Part shown: positions 49,843-63,999 of the stretch, piece by piece
Layout of the letters: every line of letters starts with the position of its first letter
Position numbering within the stretch: the first letter of the stretch is position 1
Assembly: GCA_964016885.1 (NCBI GenBank)
Contig: OZ024747.1
Span: 27,714,001-27,778,000 of the forward strand
DNA: 64,000 nt
Direction of reading: 5' to 3'
From: Eledone cirrhosa
Lineage: Eukaryota
Program-made: the position numbers and the translations under genes
The notes under the pieces: model-generated
Told to the model about the DNA's origin: nothing
Database searches by the model: none
The model's input: the letters and a program-made list of their open reading frames with translations, nothing else

Positions 49843-49845
<3 letters not shown>
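49502..49845 (-). mobile_element. Non-autonomous Helitron-like element
   Basis: CCCGGCGTTGCCCGGG hairpin end. The opposite end has (CA)n and a TA run. Confidence 0.55.
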
Positions 49846-49885
<40 letters not shown>

Positions 49886-50562
49886 AACCAGTAAGACCCC
49901 GACAGCTGAGCTCAAGCCGTTTCGACGGCTAATTCTGGACTAAATGAAAATTTATCCTGGTATTTAAATAGCCGATCTTCTCAAGGGGTAATTCCATATA
50001 TGGTCAAAGTGATTGTCAAAAATCAGTAGTAATTCTGTGGTTGCAAATTAGTAGGGGAGATGGTGGCTAAACCTGCCAGTAGGAGAAAGAGGGGAGGGGG
50101 TGGAGTAGCCCCAATCAAGCGTTTGTAGTGCCAGCTACAGCTGGGCATGAGGTCAAAGAAGATACAGGGGAGGGGGGGGGGAGGGGGGGGGGAGTCGGAA
50201 CGGTAGGTAGAACAATGGGAGGTAGAAATAATACTGAGAGTGAAGAAAAGCAAATAAGTGTAAAGAAAAACAAATGAGTGTAAAGAAAAAAGTAAAGTAA
50301 ATTAAATTCTACGACCTAGGTCTCTAGCTATTGTTAGTCTAGAAAAAATAAAGAAAGAAAGAAAGAAAGAAGTAAAGAAAGAAATAAAGAAATAACGAAA
50401 TAAGTAAAAGAACTAGGTGGGACGGAATAGGGAATTAGCCGTCGAAACGGCTTGAGCTCAGCTGTCGGGGTCTTACTGGTTCCTATTACCCACTCTACTA
50501 CCTCAAGTATTGAGTACTTTGGTGCGTTATGGTCCACCTGGTTCCTTACCACATTTCCTTCG

Positions 50563-50632
<70 letters not shown>

Positions 50633-51359
50633 GGGGAGAGAGAGAGAAATAGATCGATATAGATATAGATACATGTAAGTATATATATATGTGTGTGTGT
50701 GTGTATAGATGTAGATATAGATATAGATAAATGTATATATATATATTTTCACCCACACACATACACATACACACACACACATACACATTATATATATATC
50801 TTGCTACGCTCTACTTCCAGATAACATCGAGATCTAAGATCTACTTAACACATTTTGTCTTGCTTTGCTTGGATTTCTTGCATAAAACTTATGTAACAGA
50901 CAAGCAAATTCCATTCTTACCCCAGTTCTCTGCCACCAAAACATTTATTATTATTTTCATTATTTACCTCTCCCCACCAGCTTTTTTCTTCTCTATGCAT
51001 ATATACATGTGTGTGTGTGTGTGTATGCATGCATGTATGAATGTATGTATGCATATATGTATCTATATATGTATTTATGTATGTATATGTATGTATGCAT
51101 GTTTGTATGCATGTATGTATTTATGTATGTATATATGTATGTGTGTCTGTTTATATATGTATATATCTCTCGCTAACTCACTCTCTCTCATTTTATACAC
51201 ACAAACACACATGCGCGCGCACACACATACACACATACGCTCGCGCGCACTCACACACATATGCGCACACACACACACACGCGCGCGCACACACAGACAC
51301 CCACACACACACAAGCATAAATATATATACATATGTATGTGTATAAATATAGTATTAGC

Positions 51360-52920
51360 CTACTCACGAGTGTTACTGGTAACAAGTTGTTGCCGATTAA
51401 ACTGTTTCTTCTTATCAGGATTCCCTGGCGAGAAAGGTTGTTAGCTGGAGAAAAACAAGCCTAATCAAATAGACAGATGAACCCAATGTAGGACCATCAA
51501 TTATCTAACAATGCCACATGGACTTAGAACCTCCTGGTTAATGTTTTGCCTGACCACTGAGAATGCGTCACCCTGTATCTTCTGTTGAAGCATGTTTCAA
51601 TGTCCACAGCTACACTGACAATATCCCTGAGTAGGTGGTTTGGGCTCGATATTGGAAGACAGCCATACTAGGAGAATGACAACTCTAAGCATGGGCTCGA
51701 CATTGGAAAATAGCCAGACTATAAGAATGACAACTCTAAGCATAGACTCTCACTACGTGTGAGTGTTTGTGTAGAAGCGAAAGTTAAGGAAGTCAACTCT
51801 GACAGTAAATCGGGATGGAAGAGAACTCGGGGCCCACCGACCCTGTTCATTCTGAAGAGAACATGAAGACACAACGAATGAGTCACAACGAATGGGTAAA
51901 GCGGTGAACAATGTCTCTGGACCTTCCAATGTGCGTTGATCCATATGTATGGACGCATTCGAGGAGAAAATAGACTCTTTCTATTGCAATATGAAAGACA
52001 GCATATTATGATAATTGCTGGAGACTTTAACGCCAAGGTGAGAGAAAATTCCTTAGACAGGGAGGACTGCAGGTGTTATGGTCTTGGAACTCAGAACAGA
52101 GCTGGGGGAGTGACTTCTCGTCTTTTGTCACGACAACAAACTCTTTGTCATCACACTCTATGTCAACACACTCTATGTCAACAAACTCATGCTGATTGAT
52201 AATTCGCCGGGCGAACTCTAGAGATTGGGGGACAGAGTTAGTTGAGTCTCTAGTGTGTTTCAATTAGAGATCAACGTTAAAAAGACCAAGATTATGTCAG
52301 CCACCAAAGGAACAAGAACAGCTTACCATACTAAGGGGTCATGATAGTCCAGGGTGATAAGTTCAAGTACCTAGGCTCCATTATTGAACGAGTGGACTGC
52401 AACCAGGAAACAGAACAAGGCTCGGTGCAGTCTTGAGGTCACTCAATACGCCATGGAAAGATCGTGCCCTCAGCAAAAGCATCAAGCCGAAACATATGGC
52501 CAATATGGGTGTGAAGCATGGATCCTAAGGGTAGCTAACACCAAGTGACTAAGGGTGTACGAGACGACGTGTTACAGATAGCACTGTAAATCAGTTAGGC
52601 AATCATAGAACAAGCGAACCAGTCCTGAAGAATGTGGGGACGGAACGAAAGTTAATGACGATGGTCAGAAAACGAAAATTGCGATATTTGGCCACATTAT
52701 CGGATGTCCAGAAACTCTGCGACCACATCCTCGAGGACTTGGTGGACGGAAAACGGGCTAGTGGGTAAGAGAAACAAAGATGGAGTGATAACATTAAGGA
52801 CTGGACAGAGAGGACCCTGGCAGAGTACACTGCTGCACTACGTGGTCGCAATATGTGGCGAAGATTGGTGGTTGTCCCTGAGATCGTCGACCCTCAATCA
52901 CGAAGATAGGGTGGTGGATT
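51360..52920 (+). mobile_element. Degenerate, internally deleted RTE-clade LINE
   Basis: APE remnant IIAGDFNAKV...YGLGTQN. RT remnants INVKKTKIM and FKYLGSII. C-terminal YGCEAW, RKRKLRY and RWSDNIKDWT. Confidence 0.8.
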
Positions 52921-52934
52921 AGCAATATAATGAT

Positions 52935-53142
52935 AATCGGTAGAGCGTCGGACAAAATGCTTTGCGGCATATAGTTACGTCCCCTACATTCTGAGTTCAA
53001 ATCCCGCCGAGAGAGCTCTGCCTTTCAACCTTCCTGGGTCGATAAAATAAAGAACATAAGTAACAGTTACACATTGGGGTCGATTTAATTGACTTTTCCC
53101 TTCCTTCAAATTGCTGGCCTTGTGCCCAAATGTAGAACTAAT
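52935..53142 (+). mobile_element. tRNA-derived Meta-type SINE (longer subfamily)
   Basis: GAGTTCAAATCCCGCCGAG, central domain and GGCCTTGTGCC tail. Confidence 0.8.
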
Positions 53143-53390
53143 TATTATTATTACATTACTATTACACACACACGCGCACACACGCACACACACACACACA
53201 TATATATATTGCACGTTTCGAATGTTTTAAATGGTGAGGAGAGGAAAGGAAGAATCAACACCAATTCAACCATATTGAGTTTTCCTCTCTTCTCACCAAT
53301 GAAAAACTTAAGAAAGAGGAAAATATCTTTTCTTTCTTCTTTCTTGCTCCTTCCTCCTCTCTCCTCCCATCTTACACTTCTCTACTTCTA

Positions 53391-54262
53391 TCTTCCTCAC
53401 ACTTTCACTCACTCACTGTTTTTCTCCCTCTTCTCTTCATTTCATCCTGCACTCACGAACGCTATTTTTTCTCTCTCTGCTCAATGGCTTTCGTTCGTGT
53501 TGGTACTATTCTCTAAGCTCTCATATATTCACCTAGCTTATGCTAAACGAATAATTTTTGAAGCTTGTTTCTCCCCTAAGGTATGCTATTTTTCTGTTGT
53601 TCTCCTGTCTCACTCGCTTTACGCGTTTTAATTGTCCTAATAACCTTTTTGGTTATTATTGCACGAAGTGAGATATATGATTTTTAATGCAATGAAATAT
53701 CTATGATCTTCGGCAAATCACTGATGAGGGACTTATTTTATTACATGTTACCATGTGCGACCTGCAGTATTTTTCTCTATATTTTAATACATATATTTAC
53801 CACTGCGATTCTGTGTTTTTCTCTCTCTCTCTTACTGTTCCCCCATTCTCTCTGTTTCTCCCCCTCTGTCTTGTCCGTTACTCTTCCTCACACTTTCACT
53901 CACTCACTGTTTTTCTCCCTCTTCTCTTCATTTCATCCTGCACTCACGAACGCTATTTTTTCTCTCTCTGCTCAATGGCTTTCGTTCGTGTTGGTACTAT
54001 TCTCTAAGCTCTCATATATTCACCTAGCTTATGCTAAACGAATAATTTTTGAAGCTTGTTTCTCCCCTAAGGTATGCTATTTTTCTGTTGTTCTCCTGTC
54101 TCACTCGCTTTACGCGTTTTAATTGTCCTAATAACCTATTTTGGTTATTATTGCACCGAAGTGAGATATATGATTTTTAATGCAATGAAATATCTATGAT
54201 CTTCGGCAATCACTGATGAGGGACTTATTTTTATTACATGTTACCATGTGCGACCTGCAGTA

Positions 54263-54270
<8 letters not shown>
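53391..54270 (+). repeat. Near-identical direct duplication of ~390 bp, period 491
   Basis: 53391-53778 versus 53882-54270, differing only by a few substitutions and 1-nt indels. Confidence 0.9.
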
Positions 54271-54344
<74 letters not shown>

Positions 54345-54475
54345 CCACCTCTGTTACTGAAAACCAACAGAAAGTACCTGAAAGTAAATGACAAGAGCAG
54401 CCGATATATTGTGTGTGTGAGTGAGAGAGAGAGAGACAGTGTATGTGTGTGTATGTGTGGGTGAGAGAGAGTGAG

Positions 54476-54596
<121 letters not shown>

Positions 54597-54835
54597 CTGT
54601 CGTCTGTTGCCTCAATGAAAATGATGTCATTTGACATTATTGAAATATTAAAGAAATATTAATATAAAATTAAATATCACAATAAAATATATTAAGATAA
54701 AATAAAATATAAAAATAAAGGTTATTCCTACAGATTAAGTCATTTATTTGTTGAAATTTATTAAAAAGATCAACAACAATAACAATAACAATAACTACAA
54801 CAACAACTACAACAACTAACTATTAATTTTGATAA

Positions 54836-55130
54836 AAACGCTGCGCGCTGCACCTAGTTACCCCCACGCAGATCATCTTTGTGAACTCGACGCCACCATC
54901 TGACGCTGTACAGAACTCATCTGCAATGTCAGATTTCCACAGCGCCGGCTGGCAACTGGCGAAACTCCCAGAGAGCTTCGATTGCCTCGAGTTCCAATGC
55001 ACTTCGGATCTGGCACTACTGGCCTACTTTTCCTCAATCTCCTCTCAGCGACATATTGAGAAGGAGCCTGGACGTAGCTGGCTTCCCATCACAACCGGAG
55101 CCAGCAGGCCTTGACCGCGGAAACAGAAAG
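54836..55130 (+). pseudogene. CRE-clade LINE fragment (region downstream of RT)
   Basis: LRAAPSY..DHLCELDATI.RC.ELICNV, then WQLAKLP...SDLALLAYFSS, resembling the CRE motif W.QA.LP...GLG....DLALPAFLSS. Confidence 0.55.
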
Positions 55131-55525
55131 AGCCATAACGGAATTGTCCTCTTCCCATTCGAAGGATCATAAAATCAAAAATAGAATAATATTTTTTTTT
55201 TTCAAGTGAACTTATAACGACGACGACCACCACCACGACCACCAACCAACATCACGACCACCACCCTCTTTAGGAAAGCTTGGTGTAGATTAGGAATAAG
55301 TTGATAAAATTATGCCCATACCTTACCGTCGTCACTCTAAACATTATTTCCCATATCTTTATAAAACTTCTTTACATTGAATAAGACAGATTTCTAAAGT
55401 TTATTTTAACTCTTGTTTAAAAAATGGAAGGTTATATTGTAAAGATATAATACTTTCCCACTCATTATCTCATTTTCAGCACTTCATTATTGAGGAATAG
55501 AAAATATTTCTATTGTTCACATATA

Positions 55526-55610
55526 ATTGTTTCTACTTTTGGCATAAGGCCAGCAATTCCCCAGTACATTACTGGTACTTTATTTTATCGACCCCGTAAG
55601 GATGAAAGGG
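55526..55610 (-). mobile_element. 5'-truncated Meta-type SINE
   Basis: Tail and part of the central domain. Confidence 0.75.
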
Positions 55611-55977
55611 AACAAAAATACACATACACAAACCTACATACACACTCTCACATACAAAACCTACATACACACTCTCACATACACAAACCTACATACACAC
55701 TCTCACATACACAAACCTACAAACAGAATATGTCTACATACACATGCACATACACACACAACATACCTTCATATACAAACACACACATAGACATAGAAAC
55801 ATGCACACCCGCATCTATCAACATACACATACATATACACATACACATACAAACTTACGTGCGTGCATATATCTACACAGACACAAACACACATACACAC
55901 GCACATACAACACACATCATACACATGTACACATAGATACACGCACATACTCACAACCTACTTACATACAAACACAT

Positions 55978-56084
<107 letters not shown>

Positions 56085-56832
56085 TAACAAAGCCCTTTAC
56101 TAAAATAATATGCAGCCCGACAGAAGGGTAGAATAACTGTTGTATGTCATATTTTTTTAGATAAAATGGATAAAATGTAGAATGGGAGGGATCTCCGTCG
56201 GTTTCGACGATAAACAGAGGCAGATTAAGCTTACATGGGGCCCCTGGATGAAAATTTAATCGGAACACTTGTGTATTATTTATAGCAACAATAACACGTA
56301 ATGGAATAATAAATAAATGGATGAATAAATAAATGAATGAATAAATAAATAAATAAACAAATTTGAGCTCCTTTAAATATTGTGGGGTCCACATAATCTC
56401 TCCACCACCACTAATCAATTATTAGTGATGAGTATTCCAGTTCGATTAACGGAACTGCCTACTCGGTAACATGCTAAATTAACATGCTGAACATTCCACA
56501 GACACATGCACACTTAACGTAATTCTCAGAGATATTCTGCGTGACACAGTGTTTGGCAAGGCTGGTCCATTGTATTACTGGTAGAGACTATTTTGTATTG
56601 TTTTGTAAGTAACCGAGTATGTCACAGACACATTTACACTTACTGTAATTAATTCTCAGAGAGATTCATTTATTTGCAAAGGCTGGACCATTGAATTATA
56701 GGTACAATATATATATATAGGTACAACCCAGGACCTAATGATTGCGAAGCGTTCTTCTTAACCATTCGGCCATGTTGCGTCCACAATTATTATGTACAGA
56801 AAGAGAAAATCAACATTTCAATATATAGATAA

Positions 56833-56942
<110 letters not shown>

Positions 56943-57081
56943 CGAAGGAAATGTGGTAAGGAACCAGGTGGACCATAACGCACCAAAGTACTCAATACTT
57001 GAGGTAGTAGAGTGGGTAATAGGAACCAGTAAGACCCCGACAGCTGAGCTCAAGCCGTTTCGACGGCTAATTCTGGACTAA

Positions 57082-57112
<31 letters not shown>

Positions 57113-57114
<2 letters not shown>

Positions 57115-57810
57115 ATATCCTGGTGATATTTATTGTTTTGCACCGTGAAACTGTACAGTTAGGGCCATTAGAATAGGTAAATATTTATATTATATTTTTT
57201 AATTTTGATTAATTTTAATTGTATATTAATTTTGATTTATTTTGAAAAATTGGTTGAATTTTACTTGTTCTGCTTATCTTGATATTATGTTCTGGTATAT
57301 CAAATTATTACCATAGAACCACCTTAAATCATAGACACACTATATATTTCCGGGGGTACATTGTACCCTCAGATATATATTAACCTTTTTCAATAATCTC
57401 CATATGTAGAGATACAAATTTGTCGTTATAGTTAGTTACTAAAAATCTTTTTTTAGTGGCGAGCTATAGACGGCGAGTCTACGATTTCCCGCCTTCACTA
57501 TACACCAATGTATTTACGGGGCACTTTCACGACCTTTTAGACCTGTATTAGTTGGAGTGAGGTCATATATTTTGTCGTTCTTGGGGTTTTTAACCCTAGG
57601 ACAGGAAAATGCTTCTCTGATGATCGTTGCTTTTCCATTAATATCCTGGTGATATTTATTGTTTTGCACCGTGAAACTGTACAGTTAGGGCCATTAGAAT
57701 AGGTAAATATTTATATTATATTTTTTAATTTTGATTAATTTTAATTGTATATTAATTTTGATTTATTTTGGAAAATTGGTTGAATTTTACTTGTTCTGCT
57801 TATCTTGATA
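57113..57810 (+). mobile_element. Penelope-like/retrozyme-like partial tandem (172-bp direct repeat, period 526) between (TA)n tracts
   Basis: 57113-57284 is repeated at 57639-57810. A hammerhead spans the start of the second repeat. Confidence 0.7.
57612..57691 (+). ncRNA. Type-I hammerhead ribozyme motif
   Basis: TTCT-CTGATGA(57617-57623)-TCGTTGC...GCACCGT-GAAACTGTACAGTT-AGGG. Palindromic helix III ACTGTACAGT. Confidence 0.62.
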
Positions 57811-57880
57811 TATATATATATATGTTGATTTAAAACTGCACTATTCACAAGTGTGTTTTAACCTTCATATCATGTCTCCC

Positions 57881-57951
57881 TATTTTATCTGACGAAAACG
57901 CAAATGTTATTGCATGATGATATTTGTTTTTGAAATGCGCATAATAAAATA
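57881..57951 (+). ncRNA. Type-I hammerhead ribozyme motif (family B)
   Basis: TATTTTAT-CTGACGA-AAACGCAAATGTTATTG/GATGATATTTGTTTTT-GAAATGCGCATA-ATAAAATA. Confidence 0.75.
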
Positions 57952-57977
57952 CATGGAACTCTTTTAACCATCTTTTG

Positions 57978-58072
<95 letters not shown>

Positions 58073-58143
58073 TGTGTCGCGGGTTCAATCGGGGGTAACC
58101 ACATTAAGTAAGGTACTCAATACATAGCAGAGTTTAAATTTTT

Positions 58144-58254
58144 AATATACAAATGGCTTCTACAGGATTAGAACTGTTTCATTCGAAAGAAATCATCAGG
58201 GCTTTCTTGGTGATTTCCTTCAAATGAAACAGTTCTAGTCCTGTAGAAGCCATT

Positions 58255-58262
<8 letters not shown>
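58144..58262. ncRNA. Fold-back pair of degenerate hammerhead motifs (family F)
   Basis: The minus arm reads CTGATGA-TTTCtttcGAAT-GAAACAG...CTGTA. The plus arm keeps helix I but has core TTGGTGA. Related fragments at 17940-18055 and 23858-23900. Confidence 0.55.
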
Positions 58263-58295
<33 letters not shown>

Positions 58296-58418
58296 CAGGG
58301 TGTCCCAAATAATGTATGCACACTTCAACAACATTCTAATAAATATTGCCTGTACAGGTAATCAAAGTGTGTATATATTTCTTTTTTTTGTGTGTGTGTG
58401 TGGGGGGGGGGGCACACA

Positions 58419-58421
<3 letters not shown>
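58296..58421. mobile_element. Tc1/mariner-type MITE
   Basis: TA-CAGGGTGTCCCAAA...CACACTG-TA. Same family as 2530-2624. Confidence 0.6.
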
Positions 58422-58475
<54 letters not shown>

Positions 58476-58851
58476 AACAAGTATGACCCCCGATGGCAGA
58501 GCTCAAGCCGTGTGTTGCATATATATATATATATATATATATATGCAACACACTCACACACACAAATATATATACATGCACGGGCGCAGACACTCATACA
58601 AGGTAGTACTGAAGTAAATGTCTATATAATATTATAAAGGTGGAGAAAAAGTTTATATCAGTCTCTTACCTTGCTTCCTTGCCAACTGTGCTTCACATTC
58701 ACTGTTGTCTATTTGTGGAGCCAGATTGATATATTTGGTATCGATCTACAAAGTACTGTTTAGTCTGTCTATCTATCGTGTGTGGGGGAAGGGGTGTCTG
58801 ATATCGTTCTTACCATTATAGCGTTTAAATAGTAACCAAATAGTTTATAGC

Positions 58852-59215
58852 TTACTGTGAAATAGAATGTCATTGTTAGTGTGACGTATCCTAGATACAC
58901 TGTGATTGTGACGTCACTATAGTTATAACGTCACAAAGTAATGTCTGTTACTGTGAAATAGTACGTCATTGTTAGTGTGACAATTCTAGAAAGACTGTGA
59001 TTGTGACGTCACTATAGTTATAATGTCACAATGTCTGTTAGTGTGAAATAGAACGTCACTATTTAGTGTGATATATCTAGATACACTGTGATTGTGACAT
59101 CACTATAATTATAACGTCACAAATTAATGTCTGTTAGTGTGAAATAGAACGTCACTATTTTAGTCTGACAATTCTAGAGACAGAAATTATGACGTCACCG
59201 TCATTTTAACGTCAT
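58852..59215 (+). repeat. Minisatellite (~90-97-bp unit, ~4 copies) built from TGACGTCA-like subunits
   Basis: TTA(C/G)TGTGAAATAGAACGTCA...GTGATTGTGACGTCACTATAGTTATAACGTCACAA repeated. Confidence 0.85.
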
Positions 59216-59578
59216 GCTAGTCAATACAAGACAACCAGTTATAGTGTCCAAGATTCCCTCCCAGAAAGCAAATTTCACTTCATTCTGGAAACTTTTCCAC
59301 ACAGAGTAAAAAAATTATTTCACCGACAGATTTTGTGTAAATTCACAACGCAACAGTAGTAGCAGTAGTGATAGTGTTGATGATGTTAATGATGATGGCG
59401 ATAATGATAGTAACATGGATGATGGTAATTATCATATAAATGATGGTGATGATGATGATGATAATAATGATAACTCATTGGTATGAAATTATGACTTAGA
59501 CTTGTTAAATAAACAATTACAAATTTGGCAAATAATTACAACGATTGTTAACATTTAGTCAATAACAAAGGAAGCATG

Positions 59579-59646
<68 letters not shown>

Positions 59647-59859
59647 TATGTTTATATATATAGCATTCGCTGTGTAAAACATATGGAATCTCTATAGAAT
59701 GAAGCATCTCCAATTAATTGAAAAGATGGCAATATAATTACAAGGGTGTGTCTGTCTAGTAAAATATCTTTCTGTAGTGAACACACACACACACAAACAC
59801 ACACCCATGCTCACTACACACATACGCACTACACATACGCACACGCACACGCACGCACG

Positions 59860-59893
<34 letters not shown>

Positions 59894-62800
59894 CACATGA
59901 CAATGGTTTGGCACGGTTATAACATCATAACTTCAACAACTATAACTTATCTTCTAGCTGTATCTATACAATGAAATGGAATGAAATTTACAGCATCAAT
60001 GTAGGTTTAGCTGGCCACCTACGTGGCTCCAGCTTTTAAGGAGTTTCTGAGGTTTTTTAGTGATTAGGTTTCCAGTGCTACTTTCTTGTTGTTACAGCTC
60101 ATACTTGGGAAGGTTTAGTTAGTCTCATGTGAAGTTGTATCGTCATTTCTTGGGTGCTTTAATGATAGGGATCTCAATCCTATAATGAAATGAACTGTCT
60201 CGCTCAAGAACACAACGTTCGATTCAGGAATCGAACACACAACCTTGTGATTGTGAATCTAGCATCCTACCTATGAGGCCACGCGCCTTTACTTTGATGG
60301 TTTCGTTAATGACTGTAGTGAATATAATTGGCAGAGATTTGGCACAATTATAGCATCACAACTTCAACAACTATAACTTATATTATAGTTATATCTAACC
60401 ACGTTGATAGTTTCTTCAATGATTAATCCAATACATAACTACATTTCTCTATGTATACCGGGTAGTTATTTTGCCATTGTTTATACTAGTGGTCTCCTTC
60501 CTGGGTACATAAAAACCTAAAGTGTTCACTAAACTATTTGGGGGCTTCATGACAAAAAGGTGTTTCATACAGGGTTTGTTAATAAAGTTTAACAGTTATT
60601 CATGGCATTCTGAAGCTTCTAATTTAATGTCAATTTTTATGAAACGATATAATTTCTTTTATGAAGGTAAAAAAAAAAACAAGTTTAAGTTTTCTATGTA
60701 AGTCTCTTAGTAATATTTGGAGTTCGTATCGAAGTAAACTATGACTTTCATCCTTTCGAGATCGATAAAAAGTACCAGTCAGTACTGGGATCGATTCTTC
60801 CTCTATATCTTTTTCTTACTTCCTTTCTCTTCAGTTCTATCCTTCTCTGGAAGAAATCTGCCGTGTTCAGACCTGGGCTCCGTCAGGCTTTAAATGCCCA
60901 AGAGACGCCGTATGCCACTACGGCACCCCTACGACTCGATCAGGAGTTACAGGACCATACCACCCTATCGTAAATTATCAAGTTTATGGGGTTTTTATAT
61001 GTCTCTCGGTAATATTAGAGGTCAGTATCGGGAAATATATTAAAGGTTCCCAGCAGGTCCCTCAGTAACATTTGGGGTTCGTATTATGAAATATCAAATT
61101 TATGCATTCTTTTATAAATTTCTCAGTAATATTTGGAATTTGTATCGTGCAATTTCAAGTTTAAGGATTTATTATAAGTCTCTCAACAATATTTGGGGTT
61201 TGGTCGTGAAAAAAAGGTTGGAGACTACTGCATCAGTTAGTAATGTTTTTTTTTTAAAAATTAATATTTAATCACAACTGAGTTAGATGTAAGATGATGC
61301 ACCACTTTAATACACAAAATCCTATTGTACTATTTAAAAAAGAAGGATAGGCGTACACACACACGCACGCACACACACACGCACGCACACACACAAGCGC
61401 CCATTTTAGATTTCATTTTTAAGAGTTTGAGGCAAATTAAAAAAATATATAATTGTATGACAATATGACAAGAGAAATTGACGTCATACATGAATGTAGA
61501 AATGTCAGCAATTCAGAATCTAGTTGTTGAACTTAGCCAACATGACTCAGCTTCAAAATAATCATGACAGTGGTCTTTGGACTCGCTTTCTGTTACTTAA
61601 CCAGAATAACTAGTTATCTTGTGTTTGTTTTCAACATTTAAACATGTTTTTGATAGTAAACCGTCTGAAATTGCTTTTGGTTCTATAATACAAATCAGTT
61701 TACTTTAAAGGGTTTATTTGTCTAAAAAAAAAAAAAAAAAAAAAAAATCAAAATTTCATATAAGAACCTTTGTTAAGTTATGTTTCAGACATCAGCTTAA
61801 TAATGAAAACGTTAGTTCTATTACTAAATCTCTCCAAAGTCTTGATTATTTTTCAAAATTATTTGTAAATCATAGACAGTGTCTTTCATTAGAAATATGG
61901 TAATGAAAAGGTTATATTAGTTTGTCATTCAATTTTGCAACCTAGAACTTAATTAAATTCTCAGCTTCTTTTTATTAAATGCATTCGTGGATAATAGCCT
62001 CGTTGGATCTTTGGGTTGAATTAAATCTCCAACAGACCAATCAATAGCTCCCATGCCATGGATCGTTAACTCATGATAGAATTGTAGACTGCCATCATGA
62101 TATATGGCGTATCCTGGGCACTTAAGCCTGGTGGAGCCCATCTCTCTCCAGCTCGTACTCCCTCTAGAGACATAGGCTAAGAGCGCTTCTTGTGCATTTT
62201 AAACCTGACGGATCCCATACCCTTCCATATTTGAATGCAGCTGATTTCTTCTCGGGAAAGGGAGACAAAGAGAGAGAAAGCGAGATGGATAAGGTGACAA
62301 GTTAAGAAAGAGATAGAGAAGAAGAATCGACCCCAGTACTTAATTAGTACATTATTTATCGACCTCGAATAGATGAAAGGCAAAATTGACCTCGACCAGT
62401 GAGCTGGAACAAATACCACAAAACATTCTATCCGACGTTCAAACGAATCAATGTTTCACTGTGGAGGAATTCCGACAGATATGTCATGCGACAGTATAGT
62501 CATCTTATTCACCTCCATGTCTTCCTCCAAATTCCATTAATCTCTATTCAAAATAGCAGCCATCAGCGACATAAACGTTCACAACATTCACAACATTTAA
62601 TATAACTGATAGAATTATTGATCAAACAATCAGCCATGTGGAACTAGAATCAATAAAGTCGCACTGCGCAGTAGACCATGGCAGCCTTTTATTTCTAGTT
62701 TGAAATTATTCCACTTCATTTCTTAAACCGCTTCTGTATTTGATAACAGCATCAACACCCCAACACCCTAACACCCCATGTGTTCTCGTCCTTATAAAGT

Positions 62801-62924
62801 TAAGGACCTATTTATTTCCAGCCAAGAGTATAGAGCTTGCCCTCCCCTAATTTTTCTTTCTTTTCCTTTCTCTTTTCTCATTATGATATAATAAACGTAT
62901 TATACCCCGTCATGTATAGAATTA

Positions 62925-62991
<67 letters not shown>

Positions 62992-62997
62992 CGCGTG

Positions 62998-63033
<36 letters not shown>

Positions 63034-63659
63034 TGTGTGTGCGTGCGTGTTTTAAAAACACGATTATATTCCAATTTGATTATATTTATCAAGAATTTTT
63101 CGTATTTCCTAATTAGTTTTTATGCTTAGTTTGGAACAGAAGTGTTCCTAACTCCACGTGTGTCACGTGTAAAACAAACTTCTTTACATTGAACAAGACA
63201 GATTTCTAAAGTTTATTTCAACTTATGTTTAAAAAATGGAAGGTTGTATTGTAAAGATATAATACTTTCCCATACATTATCTCATTTTTTCCCATACATT
63301 ATCTCATTTTCAGCACTTCATTGTTGAGAAATACATACTTTTTAGACGGTTAACATGCACTTACAAAAGGTGCCATGCTGACACTATTTGCCCGTTATAA
63401 CTCCTGGCAGACAGAGGAAAGCAGGGTGTGAGCTCAGATTAGATACTTCAAAATATTTTGTCCGACGTTCTAACAATTCCATTAATACACATTCACCCCA
63501 TGAACTAGTACTTTATTTATCAATCCTGAATTGGCGAAAGTCAAAGTTGACCTTAGCGGATTTGAACTCAGATTAAGGTAAACCGGAATAAATACTGAGG
63601 GATTTAATCCGATCCCTTGACGACTCTGACAATTGGCCGCTCTATCGATATATATTAAC

Positions 63660-63770
63660 TGTTTCTACTTTAGGCACAAGGCCAGCAATTACCCAGTGCA
63701 TTACTGGTACTTTATTTTATCGACCCCGTAAGGATGAAAGGCAAAGTCAACCTCGGCGGGATTTGAACTC
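63660..63770 (-). mobile_element. 5'-truncated Meta-type SINE with a 17-20-bp TSD
   Basis: CTCTATCGATATATATTAAC at 63640-63659 and 63768-63787. Confidence 0.88.
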
Positions 63771-63835
63771 TATCGATATATATTAACGTTGCTCTATATT
63801 TCGTGTAAAACGTCAGTCACTTTAGAAAGAAAATG

Positions 63836-63964
<129 letters not shown>

Positions 63965-63967
63965 CGC

Positions 63968-63999
<32 letters not shown>

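Noticed and set aside
60487-61230. Possible hAT MITE (TAGTGGTCTCC...GGTTGGAGACTACTG)
   Set aside because: The left TIR is degenerate and no matching 8-bp TSD was found, so the boundaries are unsupported.
61950-62300. Possible minus-strand exon after a polypyrimidine tract
   Set aside because: All frames contain stops, and 62183-62260 resembles the reverse complement of 60840-60910, so it is a dispersed repeat.
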